From the NCBI GenBank assembly GCA_963720925.1, contig CAVRHE010000001.1, positions 10,686-74,685 on the forward strand: DNA of 64,000 nucleotides, given 5' to 3'. Of the stretch, positions 1-11,498 are shown piece after piece. The first letter of the stretch is position 1. Every line of letters starts with the position of its first letter. Made by a program: the position numbers and the translations under genes. The DNA is from an uncultured Acidobacteriota bacterium. GTDB lineage: Bacteria > Actinomycetota > Acidimicrobiia > Spongiisociales > ZC4RG35. The notes below the pieces were generated by a model, which was not told where the DNA came from, did no database searches, and was given only the letters and a program-made list of their open reading frames with translations.

Positions 1-452
1 GCGCGGACGGCATTCCCGAGCTGACCGCCGATCCCGACGGGACGCTCAACACCCAGGAAAAGATCCGCGTGGCGCTGCGCAACGTCGACAAGGTGATCGC
101 CGACAACGAGGTGGCGGTGAAGGATACGCTGCGGAATTTCGAAACGTTTACCGCTTCGCTGTCCAGCAATGGCGAGAAGATCACCAGCATCATCGCGACC
201 GCCGAAGACAGCATCAACGGCGTCGACGGCGCGCTGGACAAGACCAGGGATTTTCTGGGCGGGCTCGCCAGCGACAAATATGGCGGCGAGTTGCTGCCGA
301 CCGTGATCTCGCTGCGCGAACTGATCGAGAGTTTCGACAAGAAGTCCGGGGCTGTCATCGCCGACACCCGCCAGATGTTCGGCGATGCTCAGCCAGTCCA
401 TCAACACCAGCAAGTTCGGCAGCGGCCCGCCCCCCGCCCGACGTTAGCGTGA
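1..452 (+). CDS. MlaD/MCE-family protein, C-terminal part (5' truncated, probable frameshift near end)
   Basis: Helical MCE tail (LRNVDKVIADNEVAVKDTLRNFETFTASL) resembling rhizobial MlaD proteins; reading becomes implausible after ~390. Confidence 0.55.
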   Translation, partial: ADGIPELTADPDGTLNTQEKIRVALRNVDKVIADNEVAVKDTLRNFETFTASLSSNGEKITSIIATAEDSINGVDGALDKTRDFLGGLASDKYGGELLPTVISLRELIESFDKKSGAVIADTRQMFGDAQPVHQHQQVRQRPAPRPTLA

Positions 453-581
453 TCAGCCTTGAATTCACAGAACCGAAAAATAACGGAAGCGGCCTCGTCC
501 GACGTGCTCGACAAATGGAAGCCGCTGCGACAAGTCCGCGCCTGACCGCCCGCCCCAACCGTCACCCGCGCCCAAAGCGCC

Positions 582-1736
582 GTGCCACGCGCCTTGCAAA
601 AATATCTCTCGCTCGACGATTTCGAGCCTGTGGCGCGGCGCCGGATTCCGAAATTCCTCTACGGCTATATCTCCGGCGGCGCCGAGACCGATGCCGCCGT
701 GCGCGACAACCGAAAAGCCTTCGACGAATACGGCTTTGTGCCGCGCGTGCTCAACGACGTCTCCGGCCGCGACCAGACCACGACGCTGTTCGGCAAGAGC
801 TACGCCTCGCCGTTCGGCATTCCGCCGATGGGCTCCTCGGCGCTCTGCGCCTATCGCGGCGACATCGTGCTGACGCGGGCGGCGGCCGAAACCAACGTGC
901 CGATGATTCTCAGCGCATCGTCGCTGATCACGCTGGAAGACGTGCGGCGCGAGAACAACGCCGCGTGGTATCAGGCCTATCTCGCCGGCCGTGCCGGAGC
1001 GCATCGAACCGCTGGTCGACCGGGTCGCGGCGGCCGGCTACGACACCTTCGTCGTCACCGCCGACGTGCCGGTGCCGCCCAACCGCGAGAACAACATCCG
1101 CAACGGCTTTCAGGTGCCGCTCGCGATCACGCCGCGCGTGTCCTGGGATACGGTGACGCATCCGCACTGGCTGTTCGGCACCTGGGCGCGCACGGTGAAG
1201 AATTTCGGCATGCCGCATTTCGAGAACATGGACGCCAGCGCGGACCGCCGGTGCTCGCCAAGAATCTGATGCGCAATATCGGCCACCGCGACCAGCTCGC
1301 CTGGAAGCATGTCGAACTGATCCGCAAGAAGTGGAAGGGCAAGCTCGTCGTCAAGGGACTGGTCTCGCCCGCGGACGCCAGGATCGCGCGCGAGAGCGGC
1401 GTCGATGGCGTGATGCTCTCCAACCATGGCGGCCGCCAGCTCGACTACACCATGTCGGGCCTGCGCACGCTGCCGGAGATCGCCGCCGAAGCCAAGGGCA
1501 TGACGGTCATGGTCGACGGCGGCATCCGCCGCGGCACCGACGTGATCAAGGCCTTGGCGCTCGGCGCGCATTTCGTCTGGGTCGGCCGTCCCTTCCTCTA
1601 CGCCGCGATCGCCGGCGGCGAGGCCGGCGTGCAACGCGCGATCACGCTGCTGCAGGCCGAAATCGACCGCGATCTGGCGCTGCTCGGCATCCGCTCCATC
1701 AGCGAGATCACGCCGGATCTGGTGAGGAAGTTTTAG
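582..1736 (+). CDS. FMN-dependent alpha-hydroxy-acid dehydrogenase/oxidase (LldD-like), two compensating frameshifts at ~990 and ~1238
   Basis: SNHGGRQLD, DGGIRRGTDVIKALALGA and GRPFLY motifs; the middle part (VVTADVPVPPNRE) lies in ORF 991..1269. Confidence 0.9.
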   Translation: MPRALQKYLSLDDFEPVARRRIPKFLYGYISGGAETDAAVRDNRKAFDEYGFVPRVLNDVSGRDQTTTLFGKSYASPFGIPPMGSSALCAYRGDIVLTRAAAETNVPMILSASSLITLEDVRRENNAAWYQAYLAGRAGAHRTAGRPGRGGRLRHLRRHRRRAGAAQPREQHPQRLSGAARDHAARVLGYGDASALAVRHLGAHGEEFRHAAFREHGRQRGPPVLAKNLMRNIGHRDQLAWKHVELIRKKWKGKLVVKGLVSPADARIARESGVDGVMLSNHGGRQLDYTMSGLRTLPEIAAEAKGMTVMVDGGIRRGTDVIKALALGAHFVWVGRPFLYAAIAGGEAGVQRAITLLQAEIDRDLALLGIRSISEITPDLVRKF

Positions 1737-1750
1737 AGCGAATCTCACCA

Positions 1751-1841
1751 CGTCATTGCGAGCGCGAGCGACGAGCAATCCAGTCTCTCGGCGAGTCGAG
1801 AAGATGCGCTCGGACTGCTCCGCTTGCGCTACGTCAATGAC
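1751..1841. repeat. CGTC-type REP-like inverted doublet (degenerate)
   Basis: CGTCATTGCGAGCG...AGCAATCCAG followed by GGACTGCTCCG...CAATGAC between convergent genes; resembles a common Bradyrhizobium/Rhizobiales repeat. Confidence 0.65.
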
Positions 1842-2253
1842 CGGAAACATCTACCCCGACCTTGAACTTGCTGTAGGCCTCCTTCGTCGCGATGATCACG
1901 TGCTCGGCGCAGCCGTTGGTGCGGTGGGGGTCGCAGCGCGTTTCGTAGTCGGCCGAGGTCATCATGTCGATGAAGGCGGCAACGGTCGGATAATACACCA
2001 GCGCCAGATAGTCCCATTGATTGCCGTCCTGCCGCCCGAGCGCGACCGTTTTGGCGTCGCCGGTCCACAGCAGCGTGCCGCCGCGCGCCTTGATCATCGG
2101 CACCGTGAGCGCGCTGTAGCGCAAGTAAGCATCCCAGCCCGATCCGTCGCCGTCGAGCGAGCGTTCGCGGAAACGCATCAGGTTCACCATCACGACCGGC
2201 GCCTGCTGGTCCAGTTTCTCAAGACCCCTGACATTCAGCAAATCCACGCCCAT
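1834..2253 (-). CDS. DUF1330-like dimeric alpha/beta barrel protein
   Basis: PVVMVNLMRFR...AYLRY...WDYLALVYYPTVAAFIDMM pattern; ATG at 2253. Confidence 0.75.
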   Translation of the reverse strand: MGVDLLNVRGLEKLDQQAPVVMVNLMRFRERSLDGDGSGWDAYLRYSALTVPMIKARGGTLLWTGDAKTVALGRQDGNQWDYLALVYYPTVAAFIDMMTSADYETRCDPHRTNGCAEHVIIATKEAYSKFKVGVDVSGH

Positions 2254-2359
2254 CGACCGGCACTCCACGGCATACGAGAACAATGCCTGCGGCATTGTAG
2301 CATTGCACGCGCGGGACTTGTCGTGCGGCGGAAAATTTGACCCTACTCGGCACGAGATC

Positions 2360-3296
2360 ATGACCGAGCCCGCACCAGCGCCGCCTGCCCTCCATCCGGT
2401 CCGGTGGCTGAACAACCAGCCCTATCTGCTGCTCAGCCTGACCTCGCTGTTCTGGGCCGGCAACATCGTGCTGGCGCGCCACGTCGCCGGCCACGTGCCG
2501 CCGCTGACGCTGTCCTGCCTGCGCTGGATCGGCACCTTTCTGATCCTGCTGCCGTTCGCCTGGCCGCATCTGAAGCGCGACTGGCCGGTGCTGCGCGCGC
2601 ATTTGCCGATGATGGTGTTCCTGTCGGCGATCGGGTTCGCCTACAACAACGCGATTTCCTACTGGGCCATGCAGTATACCGAGGCGCTGAACGCGCTCCT
2701 GATCCAGTCGGCGGGGCCGCTGTTCGTGGCGCTGTGGTCGCTGGCCCTGTTCGGCGTCCGCCTGACCGGCGCGCAACTCGCCGGCATCACCATCTCGCTC
2801 GCGGGCGTCTTGACCATCATCCTGCGCGGCGACTTCAGCGCGCTCGCCGGCATCAGCTTCAACCGGGGCGACCTGATGTTTGCCAGTTCGCTGGTGTCGT
2901 TCGGGCTGTATTCGGCGCTGATGCCCCGGCGTCCGGTGACGCACGCATCTGTCGCTGATTTCATTCACCACCTGCTGCGGCGCGATGATGCTGGTGCCGT
3001 TCTCGATCTGGGAGTTCTCGACCGGCGTCACGCTGAAGTTCGACCTCATTTCGATGGCGACGCTGGCCTATGTCGTGATCTTTCCTTCCACGCTGGCGTA
3101 TACGTTCTTCAACCGCGGGCTGGCGCTGATCGGGCCGAACCGCGCCGCGCCGTTCTTTCACCTGGTGCCGGTGTTCGGCTCGGCGATGGCGATCCTGCTG
3201 CTCGGCGAGCAGTTGCGGCTGTTCCACCTGGTCGGCTACGTGCTGGTGCTGGCCGGGGTGGTCATCGCATCGCGGCGGGCCTCGGCGAAAGCCTGA
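2360..3296 (+). CDS. DMT/EamA family transporter (frameshift ~2945)
   Basis: LFWAGNIVLAR start, many TM segments, C-terminal half in ORF 2985..3296 (FHLVPVFGSAMAILLLGE). Confidence 0.85.
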
Positions 3297-3408
3297 AAAA
3301 TGCATGTGTTCGGGGCATGCGGCGTAGCGTCTTACCGGCTTCCACTTTGATCCCGGGCAGGCTAGCTTGCCGGCCAATCGTTCATAAAATAGCTGAGGAA
3401 ACGACTAT

Positions 3409-4388
3409 ATGTTCGCAACTTTGAAGCGGTACCGGCACGTCGCGGCGGCGGCCCCCCTGATGTTTGCGCTCGTCGCAACGGCTTCCGCGCAGGCCCCCTA
3501 CCCGAACCGCAACATCACGCTGGTGCTGCCGTTCGCCGCCGGCAGCGGCACCGACACCACGACGCGCCTGATCGGCAAGGAACTCGGCACGGCGCTTGGC
3601 GTCAGCACGGTGATCGAGAACAAGGCAGGCGCCAACGGCTCGATCGCGGCGAGCTATGTGGCGCGCTCCGCGCCCGACGGTTACACGCTGTTCGTGACGA
3701 CCAACACGACGCATTCGGCAAATCCGTATTTGCTGAAGAACATGACCTACGATCCGGTCAAGGATTTCACCCCGATCGCGCGGACCGGCGACCTTGCCCT
3801 TCATGCTGGTGATCCATCCGGACATTCCGGCGAATTCGGTGGCCGAGCTGATCGCGCTGGCCAAGAAGGAGCCGGGCAAATACTCCTACGCCAGCGGCAG
3901 TTCCTCGGCGATCGTATCGGGCGCGACGTTTGCCCGTCTCGCCGGGATCGACCTGCTGCACGTCCCCTACAAGAGCTCGCCGCCGGCCCTGACCGACGTG
4001 ATCGCCGGCCGCGTCTCGATGATGTTCATCGACGTCCCGACCGGCCTGCCCCACGTCAACGCCAAGGCGCTGAAGGCACTCGCCGTCACCACCAAAGAAA
4101 CCCTCGGCCCTGCTGCCGCATCTGCCCACCATGGACGCCACGGTGAAGGGTTTCGACATCACGTCGTGGCAGGGCTATTTCGGCCCGGCCAATATGCCGA
4201 AGGATATCGTCATCAGGCTGAATGCGGAAATCCGCAAGGTCATCGAACGGCCGGACATCAAGAACCAGCTCGCCGAGCGCGGCATGGAAGCATTCTCGGG
4301 CACCCCGGAAGAGTTCGACGCATTCCTGAAGGAGCAGCTGGTGCTCTGGGAGAAGCTGATCGCGGATGCCGGGATCGAGAAGCAGTAA
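3409..4388 (+). CDS. Bug/TctC tripartite tricarboxylate transporter substrate-binding protein (frameshifts ~3793, ~4100)
   Basis: Signal peptide, YPNRNITLVLPFAAGSGTD, ENKAGANG, PDGYTL, HVPYK; split over three ORFs. Confidence 0.9.
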
Positions 4389-4402
4389 GGCGGGACACAC
4401 TT

Positions 4403-4493
4403 CGTAGGGTGGGCAAAGCGAAGCGTGCCCACCATTCACATGACACGGCAAGAAAGGTGGGCACGGCGCTGGCGCGTCTTTGCCCACCCTATG
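4403..4493. repeat. GTAG-type REP inverted doublet (REPIN-like)
   Basis: CGTAGGGTGGGCAAAGCGAAGCGTGCCCACC (4403-4433) facing GGTGGGCACGG...CTTTGCCCACCCTATG (4456-4493), between convergent genes. Confidence 0.85.
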
Positions 4494-4529
4494 CAGCTAC
4501 GCAACCCACATGCCGCACGCGAATCTGCG

Positions 4530-5009
4530 TCATTCACCCGCGTGAAGCATCTGCAGCTCGGCAATGCGACGGTCGGCGCGGCGGAGCCGACGGCAGAGCT
4601 CGCGGTTGATATTCTGCATCACCATCACATACGCATGGATGTCGGCCTTGTAGCACGTGTAGAGTTTTCCGGCCGTGAGCTCGTACAGCACGGTCGGGCT
4701 CTCCGCGACGACGGTGGCCGATCGGTTCTGCATTTCGATGAGCGTCATTTCGCCGAAAAAATCACCGGCCTCGAGACGCGCCATGCGAATGACGCGCCCC
4801 GCATCCGCGAGCTTGCTCACCACGAGCTCGCCGGAGTGAACAATGAACATCGAGCGCCCCGGCTCTCCTTCCGCGACGACTGTGGCACCGGCATCGAAGC
4901 GGCACTCGACCAGCATGGAGACCAGGAGCTCGAGGCTTGCGTCCGAGAGGCCACCGAAGAAAGGCGTGGCGAGCAAAAACGCTTTCAGATCGGGCGAACT
5001 GACAGCCAT
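4530..5009 (-). CDS. Stand-alone cyclic nucleotide-binding domain protein
   Basis: EGEPGRSMFIVHSG, GDFFGEM, RSATVVA; no HTH; ATG at 5009. Confidence 0.85.
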   Translation of the reverse strand: MAVSSPDLKAFLLATPFFGGLSDASLELLVSMLVECRFDAGATVVAEGEPGRSMFIVHSGELVVSKLADAGRVIRMARLEAGDFFGEMTLIEMQNRSATVVAESPTVLYELTAGKLYTCYKADIHAYVMVMQNINRELCRRLRRADRRIAELQMLHAGE

Positions 5010-5337
5010 CGAGCTAATATACTCCCGCTCCCAGCGGCGACAAGCGGGCCTAGCCCGCGGGGCTGTCGGGCCGCCGATCGAAGACGGCAGCTTCTGCCAC
5101 TTTTGAGACATACCGACGGCCTCTGGGATCGTCTGCTGTTCGGGGTAGACGGAAGTGGCGGGCGCGCTGTCAAAACGACGCGATTGACCCATTTCGGAAC
5201 CCGCAACTTCTTGGGTGAAGTCCGGTCAGACCGCGGCCCACTCTTGGGTTGAATTGACTCACATCAAAAATAGCCTGGCGCTGCATGTTAATCAGCAGCA
5301 TGGGGCGGCACCATTCGGCATTCATGGAGACGAGCAA

Positions 5338-5937
5338 ATGGTTACACAAAGCAATATCCACTTCTTTACAAATTGGGCCAAGGAACGTCTCGACGAAATG
5401 GACGCAACGGTGTCATCGCTTGAAGGCAAGGCTGCCGAGGTGCAAGCCGATGTCCGCGACAACGCCAAGAAGGTCCTTTCTGACCTGCGCAAGCAGCGTG
5501 ATGACTTCCGTGACACCATGAAGAAGCAGTCGGAAGCTAACGAGGCCGCCTGGATCCAGGCAAAAGCAAAACTAGAGGCTGACTGGCGCTCGTTCGAGGC
5601 CGAGGTCAAGAAATATGTCGAAAGCTTCGGCAAGCAAATCGAGCACCAGCAGGCAACGTTCAAGCTTCAAGCCGATGCCCAATTGAAAGCGTGGCGCGAA
5701 GCAGCCGACAAGCTTGGCAGCGACGCCAAGAAATTCGCTTCTGAACGTCGGGGCGATATCGACGCCGCCGTCAAGCGTATGAACGCCGATGCAGTCGAGG
5801 CGGAGAAAAAACTCGAGAAGTTGAGCCAGGCGGGCACCCAGTCATGGTCCGTACTCATGGCAGCTTTGACGGAAACCCGCACTGCCTTCGATCGCGCCAA
5901 TGAGGCTGCGCGGGAAGCGTTCAAGCGAGTTGCTTGA
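5338..5937 (+). CDS. Hypothetical all-helical / coiled-coil protein
   Basis: 199 aa A/E/K/Q-rich ORF with GGAG upstream of ATG 5338. Confidence 0.7.
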   Translation: MVTQSNIHFFTNWAKERLDEMDATVSSLEGKAAEVQADVRDNAKKVLSDLRKQRDDFRDTMKKQSEANEAAWIQAKAKLEADWRSFEAEVKKYVESFGKQIEHQQATFKLQADAQLKAWREAADKLGSDAKKFASERRGDIDAAVKRMNADAVEAEKKLEKLSQAGTQSWSVLMAALTETRTAFDRANEAAREAFKRVA

Positions 5938-6022
5938 TCGAGCACCGATTGACGCGGAGAGACCGCCGCGAGGCGGTCTTTCTTTTTGCTGACGATTGCG
6001 CCTGATGCCATGAGTACGCGCC

Positions 6023-7708
6023 TTACGCCGCGCGCACCTTGACCAGGAATTCGTCCACCGCGCTGCGCAGCATGCCGGACTGGTTGTCGAGTTCGCGGGC
6101 GTTCGCCAGCACCTCGGACGCGGCCTTGCCGGTCGCCGCTGCCGCCGTGGTGACGCCGCCGATATGGGTGGAGATCTCGTTCGATCCGGCCGCCACCGAC
6201 TGAATGTTGCGGGCGATCTCGCGGGTGGCGCCGCCCTGCTGCTCGACGGCGCTCGAGATCGAGACCGTGATCTCGCTCATCTGCGAGATGGTTTCGGTGA
6301 TGCCGCCGATCGAGGCCACGGCCTCGCTGGTGGAGGCCTGCATGGCCGCAACCTGGGACGAGATTTCCTCGGTCGCCTTCGCGGTCTGGTTGGCGAGCGC
6401 CTTCACTTCCGACGCCACGACCGCAAAGCCGCGGCCGGAATCGCCGGCGCGCGCCGCTTCGATGGTGGCGTTGAGCGCCAGCAGGTTGGTCTGCGCGGCG
6501 ATCGAGTGGATCAGCTTCACCACTTCGCCGATCTTCTCGGCGCCGATCGAGAGCGCGCCGACGGTGGCGTTGGTACGCTCGGCATCGCTCACCGCCTTGC
6601 TGGCGATCTCGCTGGAACGCGCCACCTGGCGGGAGATTTCCGTAACCGAACTGGAAAGTTCTTCCGCGGCGGACGCCACCGTGCCGACATTGTCCGATGA
6701 ACGCTGCGACGCCGCGCCGACGGTCGCCGCCCGCGCGCTGGCATCGCTGGCGGTTGCCGTCATCGACTGCGCCGTGGTCTGCATGCCGGCCGCCGCCGTC
6801 GATACCGAGCGGACGATGCCGGTCACGCTGCGTTCGAAATCGCTGGCGATGTTCTCCATCGCCGCCCGGCGCTCTGCCTCGGCGCGCGCCTGCACTTCGG
6901 CTTCCTTCTGTTCGAGCCCGCGGATGCGCACCGCATTGTCCTTGAAGATCTGGACGGTCGCAGCCATCGCGCCGATCTCGTCGCCGCGGCCGATGCCGGG
7001 AATGGCGCCGTCCAGCTTGCCCTCGGCCAGATCCTGCATGCGGGTGCCGAGTTCGCCGAGCGGCTTTGAGATGCTGCGGCCGATCATCCAGGCGATGCTG
7101 CCCGCCACCAGCGCGATGCCGAGAATGGCGAGCCCGAGCAGCCATGCGAGCGGCTTCATCCTGGCGTCGAGATCGTCGAGATAGGCGCCGGTGCCGACGA
7201 ACATGTTCCAGCCGGGGATCGGCACCGCGTAGGAAAACTTGCGGATCAGTTCCTCGCTTCCGGGCTTGCGATATTCGTAGCGCAGCGTGACATGCCCGTC
7301 CTTGGCAATGCCGTCGCGCAGCTCGCGCACGAGCTTCCTGCCGCCGGTTTCGATGTCCATGCGGTTCTGGCCGATCTGCGCGGGAACCGGCGCCAGCACG
7401 GCGATGCCATCCATGGTGTAGGCGAACACGTAGCCGTTGCCGTTGTCGAAGGTCAGCGTATTGCCCCGCTTGCTGAACTCGGCAATCGCCGCATCCTTGG
7501 TCAACTGGCCCGCCTCGACCTGCTTCTGCAGCCCGAGCGCCATGTTGCGCGCCATGTCGACGATCGCCCTGGTCTGTTCGACGCGCCCGTTCAGCATCTC
7601 GCGCTGCATCAGGTAGCCTGCGAGGACGCCGGCGGCGCAGAGGCCGAGCAAGGTTATTCCCACCAGAATGCCGAGCTTGGGGGTGATCTTGAGATTGGTC
7701 AGCTTCAC
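6023..7708 (-). CDS. Methyl-accepting chemotaxis protein (Cache sensor-HAMP-MCP signal)
   Basis: Two TMs, HAMP (DEIGAMA), [32 protein letters not shown]. Confidence 0.95.
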   Translation of the reverse strand: MKLTNLKITPKLGILVGITLLGLCAAGVLAGYLMQREMLNGRVEQTRAIVDMARNMALGLQKQVEAGQLTKDAAIAEFSKRGNTLTFDNGNGYVFAYTMDGIAVLAPVPAQIGQNRMDIETGGRKLVRELRDGIAKDGHVTLRYEYRKPGSEELIRKFSYAVPIPGWNMFVGTGAYLDDLDARMKPLAWLLGLAILGIALVAGSIAWMIGRSISKPLGELGTRMQDLAEGKLDGAIPGIGRGDEIGAMAATVQIFKDNAVRIRGLEQKEAEVQARAEAERRAAMENIASDFERSVTGIVRSVSTAAAGMQTTAQSMTATASDASARAATVGAASQRSSDNVGTVASAAEELSSSVTEISRQVARSSEIASKAVSDAERTNATVGALSIGAEKIGEVVKLIHSIAAQTNLLALNATIEAARAGDSGRGFAVVASEVKALANQTAKATEEISSQVAAMQASTSEAVASIGGITETISQMSEITVSISSAVEQQGGATREIARNIQSVAAGSNEISTHIGGVTTAAAATGKAASEVLANARELDNQSGMLRSAVDEFLVKVRAA

Positions 7709-7945
7709 AGGGAATCTCCGGAAATGGGCGTGCACGATTTGGTCGATTGATTAGCCGCACGATATCGTGAGACCCTTTAGCGCTTCCTTACGAAGACGAC
7801 GAAGTCCGTGTTTTTATTCGCATAAAGCAACCGATGATTGTAGCACATGGCCAATCAAGTCGCGTAAAAGAGGAAATGCGGTCAAACAACAGTGGTGGCG
7901 CCCGTCGCCCTAAAACCAACACCGAATATAAATCGGGAGCAGGAA

Positions 7946-8250
7946 ATGCCGAAATTCAGGGTGGTGACGCCGAAAGGCGCAAGCTTCACGGTCGCCGGCG
8001 GCGGCTATGATTACGAGAAGGAAGCGCTCGACCCGATCGGGGCCGAGATCATCGAGGCGCCGGCCAATGAGGCGGAATTCATCGCCGCCGCGAAAGACGC
8101 GGACGCGATCTACGCCAAGGGCATGCCGATCACCAAGACGGTGATCGACGCATTGGAGAATTGCAAGGTCATCACGCTCGGCAGCGTCGGCGTCGATTCG
8201 GTCGACGTCAAGGCCGCAACCGCGCGCGGCATCCCGGTCACCAATATCCC
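7946..8250 (+). CDS. D-2-hydroxyacid dehydrogenase (CtBP-like), N-terminal fragment truncated at junction
   Basis: LENCKVITLGSVGVDSVDVKAATARGIPVTNIP, then family-like sequence stops abruptly; no NAD-binding domain. Confidence 0.8.
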
Positions 8251-8671
8251 CTCCGGGAAACGCCTCCTCGGCCGGCTGGAACAGCAACCTCACGCCGACC
8301 GGCAACTCGAGTTGGCGGAGGGCCACCGCGATGCCAAAAGCGATGGCGGCGTGTCCGTCGTGGCCACAGGCGTGCATCCAACCCGGGTTCTGCGAACGGG
8401 GCGCATTCCCCTCAGGCTCGTAGATGGGCAGTGCGTCGAGGTCTGCCCTGAAGCCGATCCGCGGCTCGGGCCCGATGTCCAGCCAGAGACCCGTCTGGGG
8501 ACGGCGGTCCTGGTAGGCGATTCCGTTCTCATCGAGCGAGGCGGCGATGAGGGCAGTGGTCTGGTGCTCTTCGTTGGCCGGCTCGGGATGACGATGCAGG
8601 AGGCGGCGAAGCTCGACCGACTGGGGAATGATGCCCTCCACCAGCGCCTCGAGCCGTTCGTGGCTGATCAC
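8251..8671 (-). CDS. M20D amidohydrolase, N-terminal fragment truncated at junction
   Basis: RRLLHRHPE, RADLDALP, MHACGHDGH, LLFQPAEE..PGG, then abrupt loss of similarity. Confidence 0.85.
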
Positions 8672-8695
8672 GTGTTGAGGCTAACCAGATGGCGG

Positions 8696-11463
8696 TCACT
8701 CGTAGAAGCGGGTCTCGAAGACGCGTCGGGCTCTTCTCGTCACCCGGCGGTACTCGTCCCTGAGCTCGGCGGGGCGGTCGAACCCAAGCGACGCGGCGAG
8801 GCTGCGCAGCTCTGCGGGGGCGGTGGGCAGCGAGTCGACGGCGCGACCCATCTGCAGGTGGAGGCGGAGCCGGACCTGGGTGCAGAAGAGGTAGGACTCG
8901 GACATGGCACGCTCTTCGTCGACCTCGAGCAGTCCGTGACCAACCAGCACCTGCAGGGCATCGAGGGTGCCGGGGACCCGAAGTTCGGGAATCGAGCCAC
9001 CGTGACGTAGCTGGAGAAGCTGGGTGAGGAACTCGATGTCGCTGATGCTCCCCCGGCCCAGCTTGAGGTGATAATCCGGGTCTTCACCGGCCGGGATCCG
9101 CTCCTTTTCCACTCTTGCCTTGATCTCCCGGATCGAGCGTTGGAATCCGGCAGGAAGACTGTCACGCCATAGGAAAGTCCCGACCATGGCAGACCACTCG
9201 GCTGCGAGGGATGGGTCGCCCGCCGACACTCTGCCCTTCACCAGGGCGAGCATCTCCCAGGGCTCGGCCCATTCCTCGTAGTAGCGGCGGTAACTCTCCA
9301 GAGACCTGGCCATGGGGCCTTTTCGGCCCTCTGGCCTGAGCTCGGCATCGAGCTGGTAGGCCTCGCCATGACGGCTCGTCTCGGAGAGCAACCTCGACAA
9401 GTCGGTGGCGACGCGAAAGGCGCCGTCGCGTCCGGATTCTTCCGCGATCACGTACATGAGGTCGAGGTCGGAGCCATAGGACAGCTCTCCGCCCCCCCAC
9501 TTGCCCATTGCGACCACACAGAGGCCGGTGGGATCCCGGCTTGTGACGACATGGAGTGCTCCGCCGACGGCGACGTCGGCGCTCTCGGTGAGGGAGCGAA
9601 GTGTGGCGACGGTGTCAGCCAGATCCAGGATGTCGCGCGCCGCGATCCTCAGCCTCCGGCGACGAGCCATCCTGCGAATCGTCCCGATCTTGGCGTCAGG
9701 ATCGGGCCGTGAGTCGAGCAGGCCCATCAGACGATTCAGCTCTGCCTCTCGGTCGCGGACCTCAGCCAACATCTGCTCATCGGCGAGACGGGGGACGAAT
9801 TCGGGGATGCGGTCGATCAGGTCGCCGATCAGACGGCTGGTCCCGAGCAACCTGCACAAGCGCTCTCCGGCCAGTGGGTTCACCTGGAGCAGGGTCACCA
9901 GAGCGGCATGATCGGGGGTGTTTGCCAGCACAGTCCGGAGTTGTCTGAGCCCGAGATCCGGATTGGGCGTCAGGGACAGCCAGTCGAGCATCAGCGGGAG
10001 CACCTGCTGCATCGCCTGTGATCGTCGGCTCAGACCCGTGGTGAGGTCTTCCAGTGCCCGCTTCGCCGCCGCGACATCGTTGAAGCCAAGGGCCTCGAGC
10101 CGGAGCGCGGCCTGTTCCATTCCGAGCCGTGCGCTCGGCGATCCGACCAGGGCGTCCAGAATCGGTCTGAAGTAGAGCCGCTCGTGTACATCGCGGACCA
10201 CCGATCTCACCTCCCCGATCCTCTGTTCGAGTTGGCGAGCCGGATCAGTCAGCATGCCGAGGGAACGCCCCAATTGCTCCCGACGCTGTGGGTCTTCGGG
10301 GAGCTCATGGGTCTGGCGCAGATCCCAGAGTTGAATCCGATGCTCGAGGTCTCGGAGGAACCGGTAGGCGGTGTCGAGATGGGCTCGGTCGTCCTCAGCC
10401 ACGAATCCGAGATCGGTCAAGGCCTGGAGAGCTTCGAGGGTCCCTTGCCCCCTCAGCTCCGGAGCGAGCCGGCCATGGACCAACTGGAGGAGCTGAACCG
10501 AGAACTCGACGTCTCTGATGCCGCCACGTGATCGCTTGATGTCCGATGGCCTGGCCCCGGCCTCTGCCTGCTCTTTCAACTTGCGGATGCTCCGCAGCGA
10601 GTCGACGTCGAGACCCTGTTCCCAGATCACCGTCTCGACCATCGAGGCGAACCGCTCGCCTAGGGAAGGGTCACCTGCGACGGGACGCGCCTTGAGCAGC
10701 GCTTGCAGCTCCCAGGGCTCCCCCCACTTGGCGTAGTACTGCGTGTACGAGTCGAGGCTTCGCGAGAGAGGCGCGATCGATCCCTCCGGTCGCAGATCGG
10801 CGTCGACGAGGAGCCCTGGGCCGTCGTTCCCTCGGGCAGAAAGGGCAGCGATGATGGCCGGGGCCAGGGCCAGGGCGGCGGCGCGGCTGGCCGATTCGTC
10901 GGCACCTGACCTGTCGTGGACGAAGAGCAAGTCGATGTCGGAGGAGTAGTTCAGCTCCCGGGCTCCCATTTCCCCATCGCGATGACTGCGAAGGGGAGGT
11001 CGGCGGCAATCGGATGTCTTTCCGCGATCGCTGCCGTCGTCCGAGCCAAGACATCTCGAACCAGGTCGTCGATGGCATCGGAGAACCGGGAGGTGGCAGC
11101 TCTCATCTCGATGACGCCGGCCAGGTCGTCCCCGGCGATAGTCGCCAGAGCGGCCCTCAGACGAAGTGGAACCGAATCATCGGGGGCCGACCCGACGAGC
11201 AAGCCGGGGTGACGGGCGATCGCCTGACTGAGGGCCCGAGATGCGCCGGCAATGGCGCAGGCCCGCTCCAGGGCAGGGCTGGTGAGGACGAGGTCTGGGT
11301 CCGCCTCGATCATCGAGATCAATCTCGGCCAGGCTCCCGCAGGGTCGGCTCCCTTCGCCACCAGGTCGACGATCGACGATCTTTTGTCCGGATCCGGTAC
11401 CTGGATCTCGAGTCTGCCCGCTTCTGCAGGGGGAATTGCGACTGAGGGCCGTCTGTCGGTCAC
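8696..11463 (-). CDS. glnE: Bifunctional glutamine synthetase adenylyltransferase/deadenylase (frameshift ~10965)
   Basis: Two nucleotidyltransferase repeats: MGKW(G)ARELNYSSDIDL..DADLRPEG and MGKWGGGELSYGSDLDL..DAELRPEG..KLGRGSISDIEF. Confidence 0.92.
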
Positions 11464-11498
11464 GAGCGACAGCGTATGCCGGGGCGTATCGTGTGGGT
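11464..11498. promoter_or_regulatory. Back-to-back leaderless -10 elements for glnE and nadE
   Basis: TACGCT (minus strand, 11471-11476) 7 nt before the glnE GTG; TATCGT (11487-11492) 6 nt before the nadE ATG. Confidence 0.6.

Noticed and set aside
7892-9010. Novel fusion proteins predicted on both strands across 8250
   Set aside because: Each is a truncated real gene running into the antisense of an unrelated gene at the apparent chimeric join.
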